Positions 10,863 to 20,924 of a stretch of 64,000 nucleotides of DNA are shown here, piece by piece. Origin of the DNA: a virus. Lineage: Duplodnaviria; Caudoviricetes. A program made the position numbers and the translations under genes. Each line of letters opens with the position of its first letter. Within the stretch, counting starts at the first letter, position 1. Location: positions 1 through 64,000 of IMG/VR virus record IMGVR_UViG_3300001373_000001; one strand, 5' to 3'. The notes below the pieces were generated by a model that did not search any database, was not told where the DNA came from, and saw nothing but the letters and a program-made list of their open reading frames with translations.

Positions 10863-11234
10863 ATGAAAACAATTGATTTAGTTAAACTTAACAAGTACAT
10901 AGAACTTAATAAAGAATCAATAGAATGGGTTGACACTGGTATGTATGATGATTTTTGGTGGAGTAGAATACAATATTATCATTATTGTAATAAATTTGCC
11001 AAAGATATAATTGGATCGACTTATTGGTCAACTCCAATTGCATTAGTTAAGTTTAAAGAAGGAAAGATTATAGTAATAGATTGCTTTACAGATGATGGAA
11101 TAGACCGTGAGAATGAATTTTCTACATTTATAGAAGTATTTAAAAGTGATGAAAGAACTAAAAAAGCAACTAAAAAAATATCGACTCTTGAAAGATATAA
11201 TATAGATGATTTATTGGAGATTAAAGATGAATGA
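10863..11234 (+). CDS. hypothetical protein, paralog of 10178
   Basis: as for 10178; AGGAG RBS. Confidence 0.75.
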   Translation: MKTIDLVKLNKYIELNKESIEWVDTGMYDDFWWSRIQYYHYCNKFAKDIIGSTYWSTPIALVKFKEGKIIVIDCFTDDGIDRENEFSTFIEVFKSDERTKKATKKISTLERYNIDDLLEIKDE

Positions 11235-11787
11235 AGAATATCAATTAAAACTAAAAGAAGCTATAATAGAGTCATTTAATTATTTCGACGAAGATTTATA
11301 TAACGACCTAAAAGATAATATTATGCCATTAGAGAAAATTGCTACATGGATAATACTTATGAAAAAATTTGTTGATTTAATTGAAAATATAGAAGATGTA
11401 AATAAAATGAATATAAAAGTATTTCATTGCAAATCAATATATTGTATATCAAAATTCATACTAAGAATGAACGAATTATATACTCAAGAAATGCTTAAAA
11501 ATGCAATATTTAAACTAGAAGATAAGTATTATAGATTTTTTAAAAACGAAAATGAGGATGGGTTATTTATACTTGACCAAGAAAAATCAAGAATCATAAA
11601 ACCATTTGAGTTTATAATGATTTCAATATCTGCAACTGGAGATCTTAAGTATCACCTGGAATTAATAGATAAGTTAATTCTATTTTCAATAATATTATTA
11701 ATGAATTTTAATTGCTATACATGTAATAAATTTAGAATATTAAAACATTGTGAGGACTGCGTTCCTACAGAGATTGAGGAGAAATAA
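11206..11787 (+). CDS. 'AIIESF' paralog family protein
   Basis: EYQLKLKEAIIESF; CYTC...CEDC; start probably a few codons downstream. Confidence 0.75.
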   Translation: MIYWRLKMNEEYQLKLKEAIIESFNYFDEDLYNDLKDNIMPLEKIATWIILMKKFVDLIENIEDVNKMNIKVFHCKSIYCISKFILRMNELYTQEMLKNAIFKLEDKYYRFFKNENEDGLFILDQEKSRIIKPFEFIMISISATGDLKYHLELIDKLILFSIILLMNFNCYTCNKFRILKHCEDCVPTEIEEK

Positions 11788-12347
11788 TGGAATACCAAGA
11801 AGCATTAAAAAAAGCAATAATAGAATCATTCGGTTTCTTTTTCGAGGATTTATATAATGACTTAAAAGTTAATATAATACCAACATCAATAATAGTTCCA
11901 ATGGTAGAAGTAACTAATGCATTGCTAGATAAACTTAAAGAGGGAGTTAGTTCGCTCAATCCATGCGCATATAAAATGGCGAAACAATCAAATGATTTTA
12001 TAATGAAGATGAACTCAATTTATAAAATATACATGCTAAATGAAGTTAGAGTTAGATGGGATAATAAACCCAGAATGTTGAGCATTCAACAAGTTGGAGA
12101 AGAAGAAATGAGCAATGTTAAAATATATACAGAATTAATAAAAATACACAACGAATTATTGCCATTTGATTTATTAGTAGATATAGTATCTAGCAGTGCT
12201 GGTCAAAGATTTGATAGAAGAGATATACCAGTATTCTTAGAAGTTTGCAATGAAATATTATCAGAAGTTAATTGTGGAGATTGCAATAAATATAGACATT
12301 TTGAATTATGCGAAGGATGCGAGCCAAGACTATTAAGTGATATGTAA
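11787..12347 (+). CDS. 'AIIESF' paralog family protein
   Basis: EYQEALKKAIIESF; CGDC...CEGC. Confidence 0.75.
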   Translation: MEYQEALKKAIIESFGFFFEDLYNDLKVNIIPTSIIVPMVEVTNALLDKLKEGVSSLNPCAYKMAKQSNDFIMKMNSIYKIYMLNEVRVRWDNKPRMLSIQQVGEEEMSNVKIYTELIKIHNELLPFDLLVDIVSSSAGQRFDRRDIPVFLEVCNEILSEVNCGDCNKYRHFELCEGCEPRLLSDM

Positions 12348-12369
12348 TTATTTTTGGGGGTAAGTAACA

Positions 12370-12654
12370 ATGGGATATATAGACATGGGATATACAGATA
12401 AGAAATATGTTTTGGAATTACTAAAAAGTTTGTTGTTTAAGATTAAGCTTTGCATAATAATTATTATAATATCAGAGATGATGTTAGCATACTTAGTTGT
12501 ATTTAGAGAAGAGAAGTTAACCTTTGTAATAGGATTTATAATAGGAATAGCAGTATTAATTAGGTTTATTAATAGACATATGAAATGGAAGAAAGAATTG
12601 ATAATAGCAATGAAAATCGATGAAAACAGACGAAAAATGATTGAAAATGATTGA
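12370..12654 (+). CDS. small membrane protein
   Basis: two hydrophobic segments. Confidence 0.6.
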   Translation: MGYIDMGYTDKKYVLELLKSLLFKIKLCIIIIIISEMMLAYLVVFREEKLTFVIGFIIGIAVLIRFINRHMKWKKELIIAMKIDENRRKMIEND

Positions 12655-12679
12655 AAAATAGACTAAATGGAGGGTACAA

Positions 12680-13570
12680 ATGAGCGATGAAACTTTTGCC
12701 TATTTATGTCCAAAATGCAAAACAGTAAATACTAAAGATAATAAATATTGTATTAAATGTGGGCATTGGTTATTAGATAGTAATTTTCCTGCAACATCAC
12801 TTAATAGAAAGGAATTTAAAGAGATTAATAATACAACTAAACCTGAATCTAAAATAAAGTCAATTGTAGTATATTCAATCATAGGAATTATATTTCTAAT
12901 ACCATCAATAAATGTTAAAATGATGATATCTTTAATCGCTGTATTATATGGAATTATAAACATAATATATCCAATCAAGATGTTATCAATATACAAAAGA
13001 AGTACTGGTGTAATTATAACAATAATATCATTTATAGTAATGTGCGTAGTGACTTCCTATCAAGTACCAAGTGAAAATAAAAAGAGTACTGTTACAAATA
13101 CGAATACGTATACAATTACAAATACTATTGCTAATACTATTACTAATACTAACAATAGTATACAAGTACCAGAAACTCTAAAACCAACACCAGAACCAAC
13201 CAAAGCACCAGAATTAATATTAAATGAATTTAAATCTGAATGTATTAATATAGATTACAATGAACTTGCCAGAGATACAGAATCTTATATCAAAACTAAA
13301 ATTAAAATAACTGGTAAAGTTGTACAGATACAAGAACTAAATAATATAATAATGCTAAGAGTAAATATTACTAAAGGAGATTATGGAATATATAAAGATA
13401 CTGTATTAGTAAATTATCTAATGAAAGATAATGAGAAGCATATTTTAGATGATGATTTAATTAATATTTGGGGTACAGTTGTAGGGAGAAAGACATATAA
13501 GGCAGTATTAGGAAATTCAATTACCATTCCTGAAATTAATGCGAGAAGTATTGCATTAAATATAAAATAA
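12680..13570 (+). CDS. Zn-ribbon + membrane + C-terminal OB-fold protein (TcdC-like C-terminus)
   Basis: CPKC..CIKCG, three TM segments, Thr/Asn linker, YNELARD..KITGKVVQ..DD.I.IWG..Y.AVLG..ITIP. Confidence 0.7.
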   Translation: MSDETFAYLCPKCKTVNTKDNKYCIKCGHWLLDSNFPATSLNRKEFKEINNTTKPESKIKSIVVYSIIGIIFLIPSINVKMMISLIAVLYGIINIIYPIKMLSIYKRSTGVIITIISFIVMCVVTSYQVPSENKKSTVTNTNTYTITNTIANTITNTNNSIQVPETLKPTPEPTKAPELILNEFKSECINIDYNELARDTESYIKTKIKITGKVVQIQELNNIIMLRVNITKGDYGIYKDTVLVNYLMKDNEKHILDDDLINIWGTVVGRKTYKAVLGNSITIPEINARSIALNIK

Positions 13571-13783
13571 TCTTATAATAATACTATAAATAATTATTGT
13601 TTTGCGAAATAGTACAAACTAAAAATAAGGCACTCGGTTAAGAATAAAACTTAATCGACTATGCCTTATTTTGTTATGTACTGAACATAGAGACCAATTA
13701 TTTATTAGTAATTTAAACTCAAAGGTATTGTTGTAAAGTCTCTATGTTGATAATAGTATAAAATACTTATTAATAATTGTCAA

Positions 13784-14017
13784 TTATATTACAAATCCAA
13801 GTATAACTTTATCAACAGAAGCTTGCTCACCAGTAATCACATTTTCTACTAAACAATTATGTATTTGGAATATAGATTTGTTATATATAATAGCATTCAT
13901 AATATCAGCTTTTACATCAAACAAAGTTTTATACAATTTATATTGATCACATTCTTTGATTTCTCCAGTATCATCAATACAAACATACTCACCTTTTAAA
14001 TTTATTAGTCTGTACAT
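13784..14017 (-). CDS. hypothetical protein
   Basis: 77-aa ORF at the end of a minus-strand cluster. Confidence 0.55.
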   Translation of the reverse strand: MYRLINLKGEYVCIDDTGEIKECDQYKLYKTLFDVKADIMNAIIYNKSIFQIHNCLVENVITGEQASVDKVILGFVI

Positions 14018-14264
14018 CTATAAGTAAAGTCCTCTCTTTCTTATAAATATCAAGACATATATCATTTTTATCGCCATCATAAGTTACTTCATAATAAAAG
14101 TCTTTGCTATAATGAGATCCAAATAAACCTTTATGATTCTGCAATGCCTTACAATACCAAACTTCATAAACAATTGATATATCATCAACATTAACCATCA
14201 TGTCGGTTATAAGTGTGTCCACAATCATCTCTTTGGCTTTATATTTAAATTCTTCACTTGTCAT
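13989..14264 (-). CDS. DUF6275-like protein
   Basis: VW.CKALQNHK.L...YYEVTYDGDK...LD.YKK signature. Confidence 0.8.
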   Translation of the reverse strand: MTSEEFKYKAKEMIVDTLITDMMVNVDDISIVYEVWYCKALQNHKGLFGSHYSKDFYYEVTYDGDKNDICLDIYKKERTLLIDVQTNKFKR

Positions 14265-14542
14265 TTTTCGACCTCAACTTCTTCTACCTCATATGTACCT
14301 ATTGATTGCAATATGTAAGATACTAATATATACTGGTTATTTTCAGCATCATGAGTAATCTCAAAAATATATGATTTACAACCTTCTCTTTTGAATACAG
14401 CAGTCTTTTGTTTATTATAAGTTTGCTCTCCATCATTAATAACAGATACCTCTATATCTTCTGGATCACTAACTATCTTACTTTCAACTAAAAAATCTAT
14501 TATTAATTGTCTGCTATATTGTAAAAACTTTTCATAACTCAT
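14261..14542 (-). CDS. diverged DUF6275-like paralog
   Basis: similar size; F......K/R..I start and FEITHD...Y pattern. Confidence 0.6.
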   Translation of the reverse strand: MSYEKFLQYSRQLIIDFLVESKIVSDPEDIEVSVINDGEQTYNKQKTAVFKREGCKSYIFEITHDAENNQYILVSYILQSIGTYEVEEVEVEK

Positions 14543-14546
14543 AAAT

Positions 14547-14825
14547 TTAATCCTCCATTATTTGGTCTAAAGTTTTATTGATAGTTATAATATGATTAAA
14601 TACATCTAGCTTAAAAGTATTATTGCTATTAAGATATTCTATCTTGAAATATAATTTATTATCTAAGTTAATATAAAATGTAGCTGCATAAGACCCGTTT
14701 GAAAACACACAATCTAATACAATGATCTGATATGCAAAAGTAAGCTTATAATTAACTAGATTATTACTCTCTAAGTAAGTCATAATCAAGTTTTTAGAAC
14801 AATCCATAAACAAAGTATGGTTCAT
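14547..14825 (-). CDS. diverged DUF6275-like paralog
   Basis: YFKIEY.....FKLDVF pattern, similar size. Confidence 0.55.
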   Translation of the reverse strand: MNHTLFMDCSKNLIMTYLESNNLVNYKLTFAYQIIVLDCVFSNGSYAATFYINLDNKLYFKIEYLNSNNTFKLDVFNHIITINKTLDQIMED

Positions 14826-14948
14826 AAAATCTCCTTAAAAAAATAGATATTAACATTATATTAATATCAAGTAATCATAAACGGGTTTAGTTTAAAAAAA
14901 TATTACCATATAGATTTTTATTATAATATATACTGTATTAAATGTAAA

Positions 14949-15233
14949 CTATGAATTATTACTCACATCGCTTAGTTTAACATGATGAATACAATTACTA
15001 CTCCCGAATTGCTTATAGGATGTTATAAAAAGTTCATCAATCTCAATGTTATAAGTACATTCAAAAAAGTAATCATTTTGTTTAGTGCAAAAAAATGATA
15101 TATAACCAGTATATATCTCGCTTGAATATCTTGGGTATATAAATACATCCTCTTCTTTAAAGCCTTCTAGGCTTATTAGAGTTTCTTTAATTTTAATTTT
15201 ACAGATATTAATAAATTCATCTAAACTCATCAT
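14949..15233 (-). CDS. diverged DUF6275-like paralog
   Basis: EFINICK...YFFECTYN...ELFITSYK. Confidence 0.65.
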   Translation of the reverse strand: MMSLDEFINICKIKIKETLISLEGFKEEDVFIYPRYSSEIYTGYISFFCTKQNDYFFECTYNIEIDELFITSYKQFGSSNCIHHVKLSDVSNNS

Positions 15234-15482
15234 AAAACCTCCTTAACAATGTAAACCAAAAAAGCTACTATATAATATATATAAGTAGCATTTTCTGTAA
15301 TGGATAAATAGAATCAACAATCTTAATTATACTAATTAATTATGGGACTATAAAATATTATAATATAACCTAAAATAAAATGCAACAAAAAAGCTACTAA
15401 CCAATAGTTAATAGCAATTTTGCACTAATGAGAAATAAAAAATATTAAGTAAATTATAATATAACTAGTATTCAATGTAAAG

Positions 15483-15878
15483 TTAATTCTTTGCACGAAT
15501 ATATTTTAAGTTAATCTCAACTCCACCTACTTTAATAGTTACACCTTTTTTTAAATAGATATTCTTATACTCTTTTTCATAATATTCTGTATTTATACCA
15601 ATCATCGCAAGTAAACTCAAATCGCTAGTTGATACATTTCCGTTTCCAGATAAAGCAGTAATATCATATACTCCAACTGGAATATCAGTTCCTATTACAT
15701 AGTTTCCAGCTTTTAATACAATATCTTTAGGAGTCTCCTTGGGTTGTTCATTTAAAGCTTCTGTTTGGTTAGATGTTACAGATGGTTTATCAAGTGATTG
15801 TTGAGTGTTGTCTATTTCAGCGCAAGATGTAAGACTCACAATAGCAACTAAGCTGAGAAAAGTTAATAATTTCTTCAT
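15483..15878 (-). CDS. lipoprotein
   Basis: lipobox LTSC; GNYVIGTDIPVGVYDI beta domain. Confidence 0.8.
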   Translation of the reverse strand: MKKLLTFLSLVAIVSLTSCAEIDNTQQSLDKPSVTSNQTEALNEQPKETPKDIVLKAGNYVIGTDIPVGVYDITALSGNGNVSTSDLSLLAMIGINTEYYEKEYKNIYLKKGVTIKVGGVEINLKYIRAKN

Positions 15879-15977
15879 CTATTTCTCCTTTAATTTTAAT
15901 TAGATTAATTATACCACGAAAATTTGTTGAATACTATAGTGTTTTGCAAATTAATTACATATACGATGTAAAATAGT

Positions 15978-16934
15978 TTAAGTTATTACTAGAAGATTTA
16001 TGTTATCTTTTGACACTTTAGATAATATTAATGCTGAATTTGATGATGCAATAAACTGAACATTGGGAAATATGCTAATTAAAATTTCAAGTAATTTTTC
16101 TTGGCAATCTTGATCTAATCCTACATCTATATTATCTAACAAAATAATTCCATTAGTACTTAATATATTATAAGGGTTTAATACAGCCATCCTATATGCA
16201 ATATCTGCTACAAGAAGAATTATACTTCTAGTACTATGATCTAATGATTTGAATAAAATAGTATGTAATCCATTGCTAAGTTCAAGTTTTCTTGTAATAA
16301 GATTGAATGAAAACTTAACATCTTTAACACTAGTATTAAGCATTAAATAACAAGTTCTAATAGCTTTATATAAGACTTCTAATTCAGGAACTAATTTGTC
16401 ATCTTGAAGTTGAATATAAGTCATTCTAACAATCCATAACAACATCATTCTATAGTCCTGTGAAGCCAAACAATTAGCATATCCATAGGTTCGAGTAATA
16501 CGTTTAGGCATGTTTAACTTTGGATTCAATAACCAATCAGATTTGTAATAACCAATAATAGGTAATAAACATTTCTTATCGCCAGCTCTTACTTGTTTCT
16601 GTAATTCTCTAGCATAATGTTTTATAGCGCTAGAGGTGCTAGTTACCTTATTAGCTCCATAAAGTACTCTGCTACAAGTAATATCTTTGTTATCTACATA
16701 CATATCCATAATTATTTTTATTGGATATATACCCATACACGCATGTTTAGGAAGTATTAAGTTTGAGCGTATATCATCTAAGCCGATAAAGAATGCTGCT
16801 AAACCAATTGATATAGCTTCTAGTACTATAGATTTTTTATCATTCATACCAGACAGTACAGAGCATTTATTAAAGTTTAACTTTATAGCATCACAGCTCA
16901 TAAAATTTCTCATTAGTATATTTTTAATAATCAT
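15978..16934 (-). CDS. degenerate ABC/AAA_21 ATPase (PtuA/Septu-retron-like scaffold)
   Basis: VADIAYRMAVLNP and FPNVQFI retained; Walker A, signature, Walker B and H-loop all altered. Confidence 0.75.
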   Translation of the reverse strand: MIIKNILMRNFMSCDAIKLNFNKCSVLSGMNDKKSIVLEAISIGLAAFFIGLDDIRSNLILPKHACMGIYPIKIIMDMYVDNKDITCSRVLYGANKVTSTSSAIKHYARELQKQVRAGDKKCLLPIIGYYKSDWLLNPKLNMPKRITRTYGYANCLASQDYRMMLLWIVRMTYIQLQDDKLVPELEVLYKAIRTCYLMLNTSVKDVKFSFNLITRKLELSNGLHTILFKSLDHSTRSIILLVADIAYRMAVLNPYNILSTNGIILLDNIDVGLDQDCQEKLLEILISIFPNVQFIASSNSALILSKVSKDNINLLVIT

Positions 16935-16937
16935 TTT

Positions 16938-17162
16938 TTAATCATCCTTATATGGTATTGAAGGTTCTTTTCCAATTTCATTACACAGTTCAAAATAATG
17001 ATCTACAGCTTCTTCAAATGCTTTTTTGAAATCTTCAATAGTATTACCCTCGAATGATATTAAGTCGCTCACGCCTTCGAATCTTCCATAATAAACATTA
17101 TAGTCCTTAGTATAATAAACTTTGGTAGTATATCCTTTGTATTTCATTATCATTCGTTTCAT
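16938..17162 (-). CDS. hicB: HicB-family antitoxin, N-terminal domain only, orphan
   Basis: YKGY...YYG...G.SDLISFEG.T..D..KAFEEAVD.Y...C...GKEP. Confidence 0.85.
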   Translation of the reverse strand: MKRMIMKYKGYTTKVYYTKDYNVYYGRFEGVSDLISFEGNTIEDFKKAFEEAVDHYFELCNEIGKEPSIPYKDD

Positions 17163-17173
17163 GTCCGATACTC

Positions 17174-17398
17174 CTAATTATATCTAGCATTAAAATTTTC
17201 ATCAGATGAGCATAAAAGAATAATACCTTGAATGAATACTATAATCTCTATAATTACTGGTACTATTATAGTCCAGCAAAGCAATATATTTATTATAAGT
17301 ATTATCACTCCTGCTGTTGTCCTGCCTAGATAGAACTTATGCACACCTAATCCACCTAAAAATATTGCTAGTAATCCTGCTACTAATTTATTTTTCAT
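17174..17398 (-). CDS. TM2 domain membrane protein
   Basis: KLVAGLLAIFLGGLGVHKFYLG. Confidence 0.9.
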   Translation of the reverse strand: MKNKLVAGLLAIFLGGLGVHKFYLGRTTAGVIILIINILLCWTIIVPVIIEIIVFIQGIILLCSSDENFNARYN

Positions 17399-17547
17399 AA
17401 AAGTCCCCTTTGTTTAATTTTGATATAATATTATAACATATTTAGATATTTGAGTGAAACTATATACTGGATATATATATTATCGTTAATATTAGAGTGT
17501 AAAAAAAATATAGGTTATATAGAGAATAGTTTCACTCCATTTTATTA

Positions 17548-18075
17548 TTATTTATTTTTGGGATATTCTTTAAGTTTTCTTAATTCTTTAGATGTTTCTT
17601 TCCAGCCATCGGTAGCTATAGAAATAAATATATCTTCTAACAAAGCTCTAGTCTCTGGATGCAAGATCATTAAATCCTTTTGTTTGTTATAATAGTTTAA
17701 TGGTTCTTGTTCATTCCAGACAGGTAAGTATGCTTTCTCTGCTCCGATCCAGTCACACACAAGCTCGATTAAGTCTTTTATTGGTAATTTAATTGCATAT
17801 ATTGATCCACATTCTTCATCAAGCCAATATTGCCAATGGTGAGTATTTCTACCTTTGTGATGTTGCCACGCTTTAGAATATCCTATAGCAGACTTTTCTT
17901 TTGCAATAGGACTAGAAGAGCCGACAAAGTACTTTGCTGATGAAAAGAACTCTATTGGTGATAGTTTAGATAAGTCATGCTTTAAGCCTCGGTAAGGTAT
18001 ACCACAGTCGATACATGCTTTAAGCACATATAGTTTATGTTTTAATATTGTTTTGAGATGTTTGAGATATTTCAT
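17548..18075 (-). CDS. DUF5662-like HD-fold protein
   Basis: HK..V, HDLSK, AWQHH..RN.HH.QYW, ELVCDW. Confidence 0.8.
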   Translation of the reverse strand: MKYLKHLKTILKHKLYVLKACIDCGIPYRGLKHDLSKLSPIEFFSSAKYFVGSSSPIAKEKSAIGYSKAWQHHKGRNTHHWQYWLDEECGSIYAIKLPIKDLIELVCDWIGAEKAYLPVWNEQEPLNYYNKQKDLMILHPETRALLEDIFISIATDGWKETSKELRKLKEYPKNK

Positions 18076-18155
18076 ATTCGACCTCCAGGATATAATTGAT
18101 AATAGATTGATTGACTATAGACTATTAAACGATAAAACATAGAGTTGTATATTTA

Positions 18156-18239
18156 CTATTTAGAAGCCATACTAATAAATAATACCATAGCCATCATACC
18201 AATTGCAAAACCAAGAATAAATATTGCTAAAAAATTCAT
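18156..18239 (-). CDS. 27-aa single-TM peptide (absent from ORF track)
   Basis: MNFLAIFILGFAIGMMAMVLFISMASK with AGGAG RBS. Confidence 0.6.
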   Translation of the reverse strand: MNFLAIFILGFAIGMMAMVLFISMASK

Positions 18240-18308
18240 TGCACTCAACTCCTTTATTATAGATTATAATTTTGATATAATAATTAAAAAATACTAAGGA
18301 GAAATTTA

Positions 18309-18794
18309 ATGAAAGAATTAATTGAAGTAGAAATGATATTTGATATTGATGTTAAAATAGAAAATATGATATCAATAGTTAAAGGAATAAAACAAGCTAA
18401 TGACTTAGATGATGAAACGTTAAAGAATATTATAGTTGCTATAATGTATCTTATATCAGTTAGGGATATAATTAATGAAACTAATAAATTAGATTTTGAT
18501 GCAATTGAATTTAATTATACTGGTAAAAAGATTACTTCTAAAAACTTGGATGTAACAAAACGCACAGCCAAAACAAATTATGGATTAGTGTTATTAATTA
18601 TAGAAAATACTCTAAGTATAAAGTTAAAAGACCACGAAAAGTTAGTATCGGATGCATTAATAGAAGTTATAAGTTGCTTAAAAGATAATTATATTTTAGA
18701 TAAAGTTTATATGTTAACTCTTGACTTAGTACGAGAAACAAAGATGGATGTTATATTATTCAAAATTTTTATGAAAACATTAAGGAGAATATAA
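18309..18794 (+). CDS. hypothetical protein, paralog of 5648 and 19239
   Basis: AAGGAG RBS; shared motif pattern. Confidence 0.7.
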   Translation: MKELIEVEMIFDIDVKIENMISIVKGIKQANDLDDETLKNIIVAIMYLISVRDIINETNKLDFDAIEFNYTGKKITSKNLDVTKRTAKTNYGLVLLIIENTLSIKLKDHEKLVSDALIEVISCLKDNYILDKVYMLTLDLVRETKMDVILFKIFMKTLRRI

Positions 18795-19246
18795 TGGGAT
18801 TTAAATTAGGTTTATATATTAGAGATGTAAGGAAACGTAAAAACTTTACTATGGAATATTTATCCAAATTAACTGATATTAGTTTAGGGTATATTAATTA
18901 TATTGAGACTGGGATAAGAGATCCTTCTCTTGGTAAGTTGATTAAATTAAGTCACGCTCTAGAATGCGACTTTAGAGAGTTATTTCACATATATCAAATT
19001 GATCAACTTAGCAAGCTTGATGAATGGGAATATGAAAAGTATGATGTAGATTCTTGTATTAAAACAATGGAGAATTTAGCGCCAGATTCGTATATGATTA
19101 AAAGATTGAAGAAGATAGATAATTATAGTAATATTGACTTGCAGCGTATTATTAGGATTTGTACTGAGCTAGATGAAGATCAACTTAAAAAGTTAAGAAG
19201 TACAATGGAAATTTGGTTTAAAGATTGGGAGAGTAGAAATGAATAG
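18794..19246 (+). CDS. XRE-family repressor
   Basis: TMEYLSKLTDISLGYINYIETGIRDPS. Confidence 0.88.
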   Translation: MGFKLGLYIRDVRKRKNFTMEYLSKLTDISLGYINYIETGIRDPSLGKLIKLSHALECDFRELFHIYQIDQLSKLDEWEYEKYDVDSCIKTMENLAPDSYMIKRLKKIDNYSNIDLQRIIRICTELDEDQLKKLRSTMEIWFKDWESRNE

Positions 19247-19769
19247 TGAACAATTTAATGATATTGAGACAGAAGATTTTCAAGAAACACTTAAAGTAGA
19301 ACTTAAGTTAATCAAAGATCAAGATGAACAATTAAGATTTTTTAAGTATTTATTTGAAGATACAACAAGTTTAAAAGTTGAAGATTTTTGTTTTTCATTA
19401 ATGCTAGTAAATTCATATAAGTTGTTTATAGACTTGGTTAATGATATATCGTTTAGAGCTATAAGATTTACTCTTAATGGAGAGAAATTTAATCCGAACA
19501 AATCTGTTTTGGTTAATGATGCACAGTACAAGAAATATAAAGAGTATACAATAAGCACGTTCGATGTTATATTGATAGTTGCAGAGAATGAGTTAGATTT
19601 TAAGTCTTGTGACTATGAAGAAATAACTGGGACTGTATTAGATAATGCTATTAAGTATATTAAAGATAATGAGTTAGTTGATTTGGTTTTAGAGCAATGT
19701 GAATTAATAAATTCTTTAGGTTTAGAACATTGGTTTGAAGATATTAAAGACAGGTTAGTTAATAGTTAA
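19239..19769 (+). CDS. hypothetical protein, paralog of 5648 and 18309
   Basis: shared motif pattern. Confidence 0.7.
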   Translation: MNSEQFNDIETEDFQETLKVELKLIKDQDEQLRFFKYLFEDTTSLKVEDFCFSLMLVNSYKLFIDLVNDISFRAIRFTLNGEKFNPNKSVLVNDAQYKKYKEYTISTFDVILIVAENELDFKSCDYEEITGTVLDNAIKYIKDNELVDLVLEQCELINSLGLEHWFEDIKDRLVNS

Positions 19770-20119
19770 AATATGGTATAATAGTTAGTATGACCTAGAA
19801 TGTACTAGAATATGGAAAGTGTCTTATTTGACACGCTAGGGGTATTAGGATCGATTTTGAAATAGGGTCATATTGTATAGGTAAGTTAAATTAAAGGGTA
19901 ACATGGGCATTCTCGCAAGAGGTATTTTGACTGGGGAGTGGGTTAGTTTATTAGGTAGTAAGTTAGTTTATTAGTGGGTAAAAAAAGAATAGGTTATTAT
20001 AAGAAGATAAACACTCCTTTGATATAAGGTATTTGTTTATTGTTTAAAAGCGCTGCCAAGTAATAGTATTATAACATAATAGTATTATAATATAATAAAT
20101 AAATAAAGGAGAATGAGAA

Positions 20120-20320
20120 ATGAAAGAAATAGAAATTTTAATTACTAAAGAGAAACAAGATCAATTAGCATTAGAGCTTGGGTTAACAGGTTTATATGAT
20201 TTAATTTTAAAACAAAAAAAAGATATAAAGATTTTAGAAGAATCATTAAGGAATTTAATTAATGGAAACAAATTAGAAGCTTATAATATATTAATTGGTT
20301 ATATAAAAGTAGTTGAATAA
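20120..20320 (+). CDS. hypothetical protein
   Basis: AAGGAG RBS, 66 aa. Confidence 0.6.
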   Translation: MKEIEILITKEKQDQLALELGLTGLYDLILKQKKDIKILEESLRNLINGNKLEAYNILIGYIKVVE

Positions 20321-20519
20321 TAAATCAAGTAGCTCAATCTACTAATATAATATTAATAAGAGTATATTTTAAGTTTAATATGTTTTTATTATATTGTTAA
20401 GAAGATTATATTAAGAGAGCTATAAATAGTTACAGACTATAGCTTTACAGACTAACAGACAACGAAGTTGCTTAAGACCCTTACGGGTTTATATACACGT
20501 TGAATAAAGGAGTAAAATC

Positions 20520-20924
20520 ATGAATGAGAATAAATTTGAGAATAATTTTACAGTGGATAAGTTAGCATATATAATAATGGAATATGGATTACCAACATCA
20601 GCTTTGACAGATAAACAGATAATAGAGTTATGTAGTATAATATATGAATATAGAGAAGTAGATTATTCAGAGTATTATAATATTAACTGCGATCACTGTG
20701 TTCATGAGTTTCTTAATGATGTTAAAAGTGTTATTAAAAAAGCTCAACATACTTATACTTGTGAGCTTGAAATTGGTGATATATATAATTTGAGATTAAT
20801 AGAACTTGTAGTTATTAAAGATATATTGAGTAAGTTAGATAATGATCTTAAGAATGAATATCATAAGTTGTCAATTGATTTACAGTTAACAGATTGCTTA
20901 GTTTATATGATTGGATTGTTGTAG
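20520..20924 (+). CDS. hypothetical protein
   Basis: AAGGAG RBS, 134 aa. Confidence 0.65.
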   Translation: MNENKFENNFTVDKLAYIIMEYGLPTSALTDKQIIELCSIIYEYREVDYSEYYNINCDHCVHEFLNDVKSVIKKAQHTYTCELEIGDIYNLRLIELVVIKDILSKLDNDLKNEYHKLSIDLQLTDCLVYMIGLL

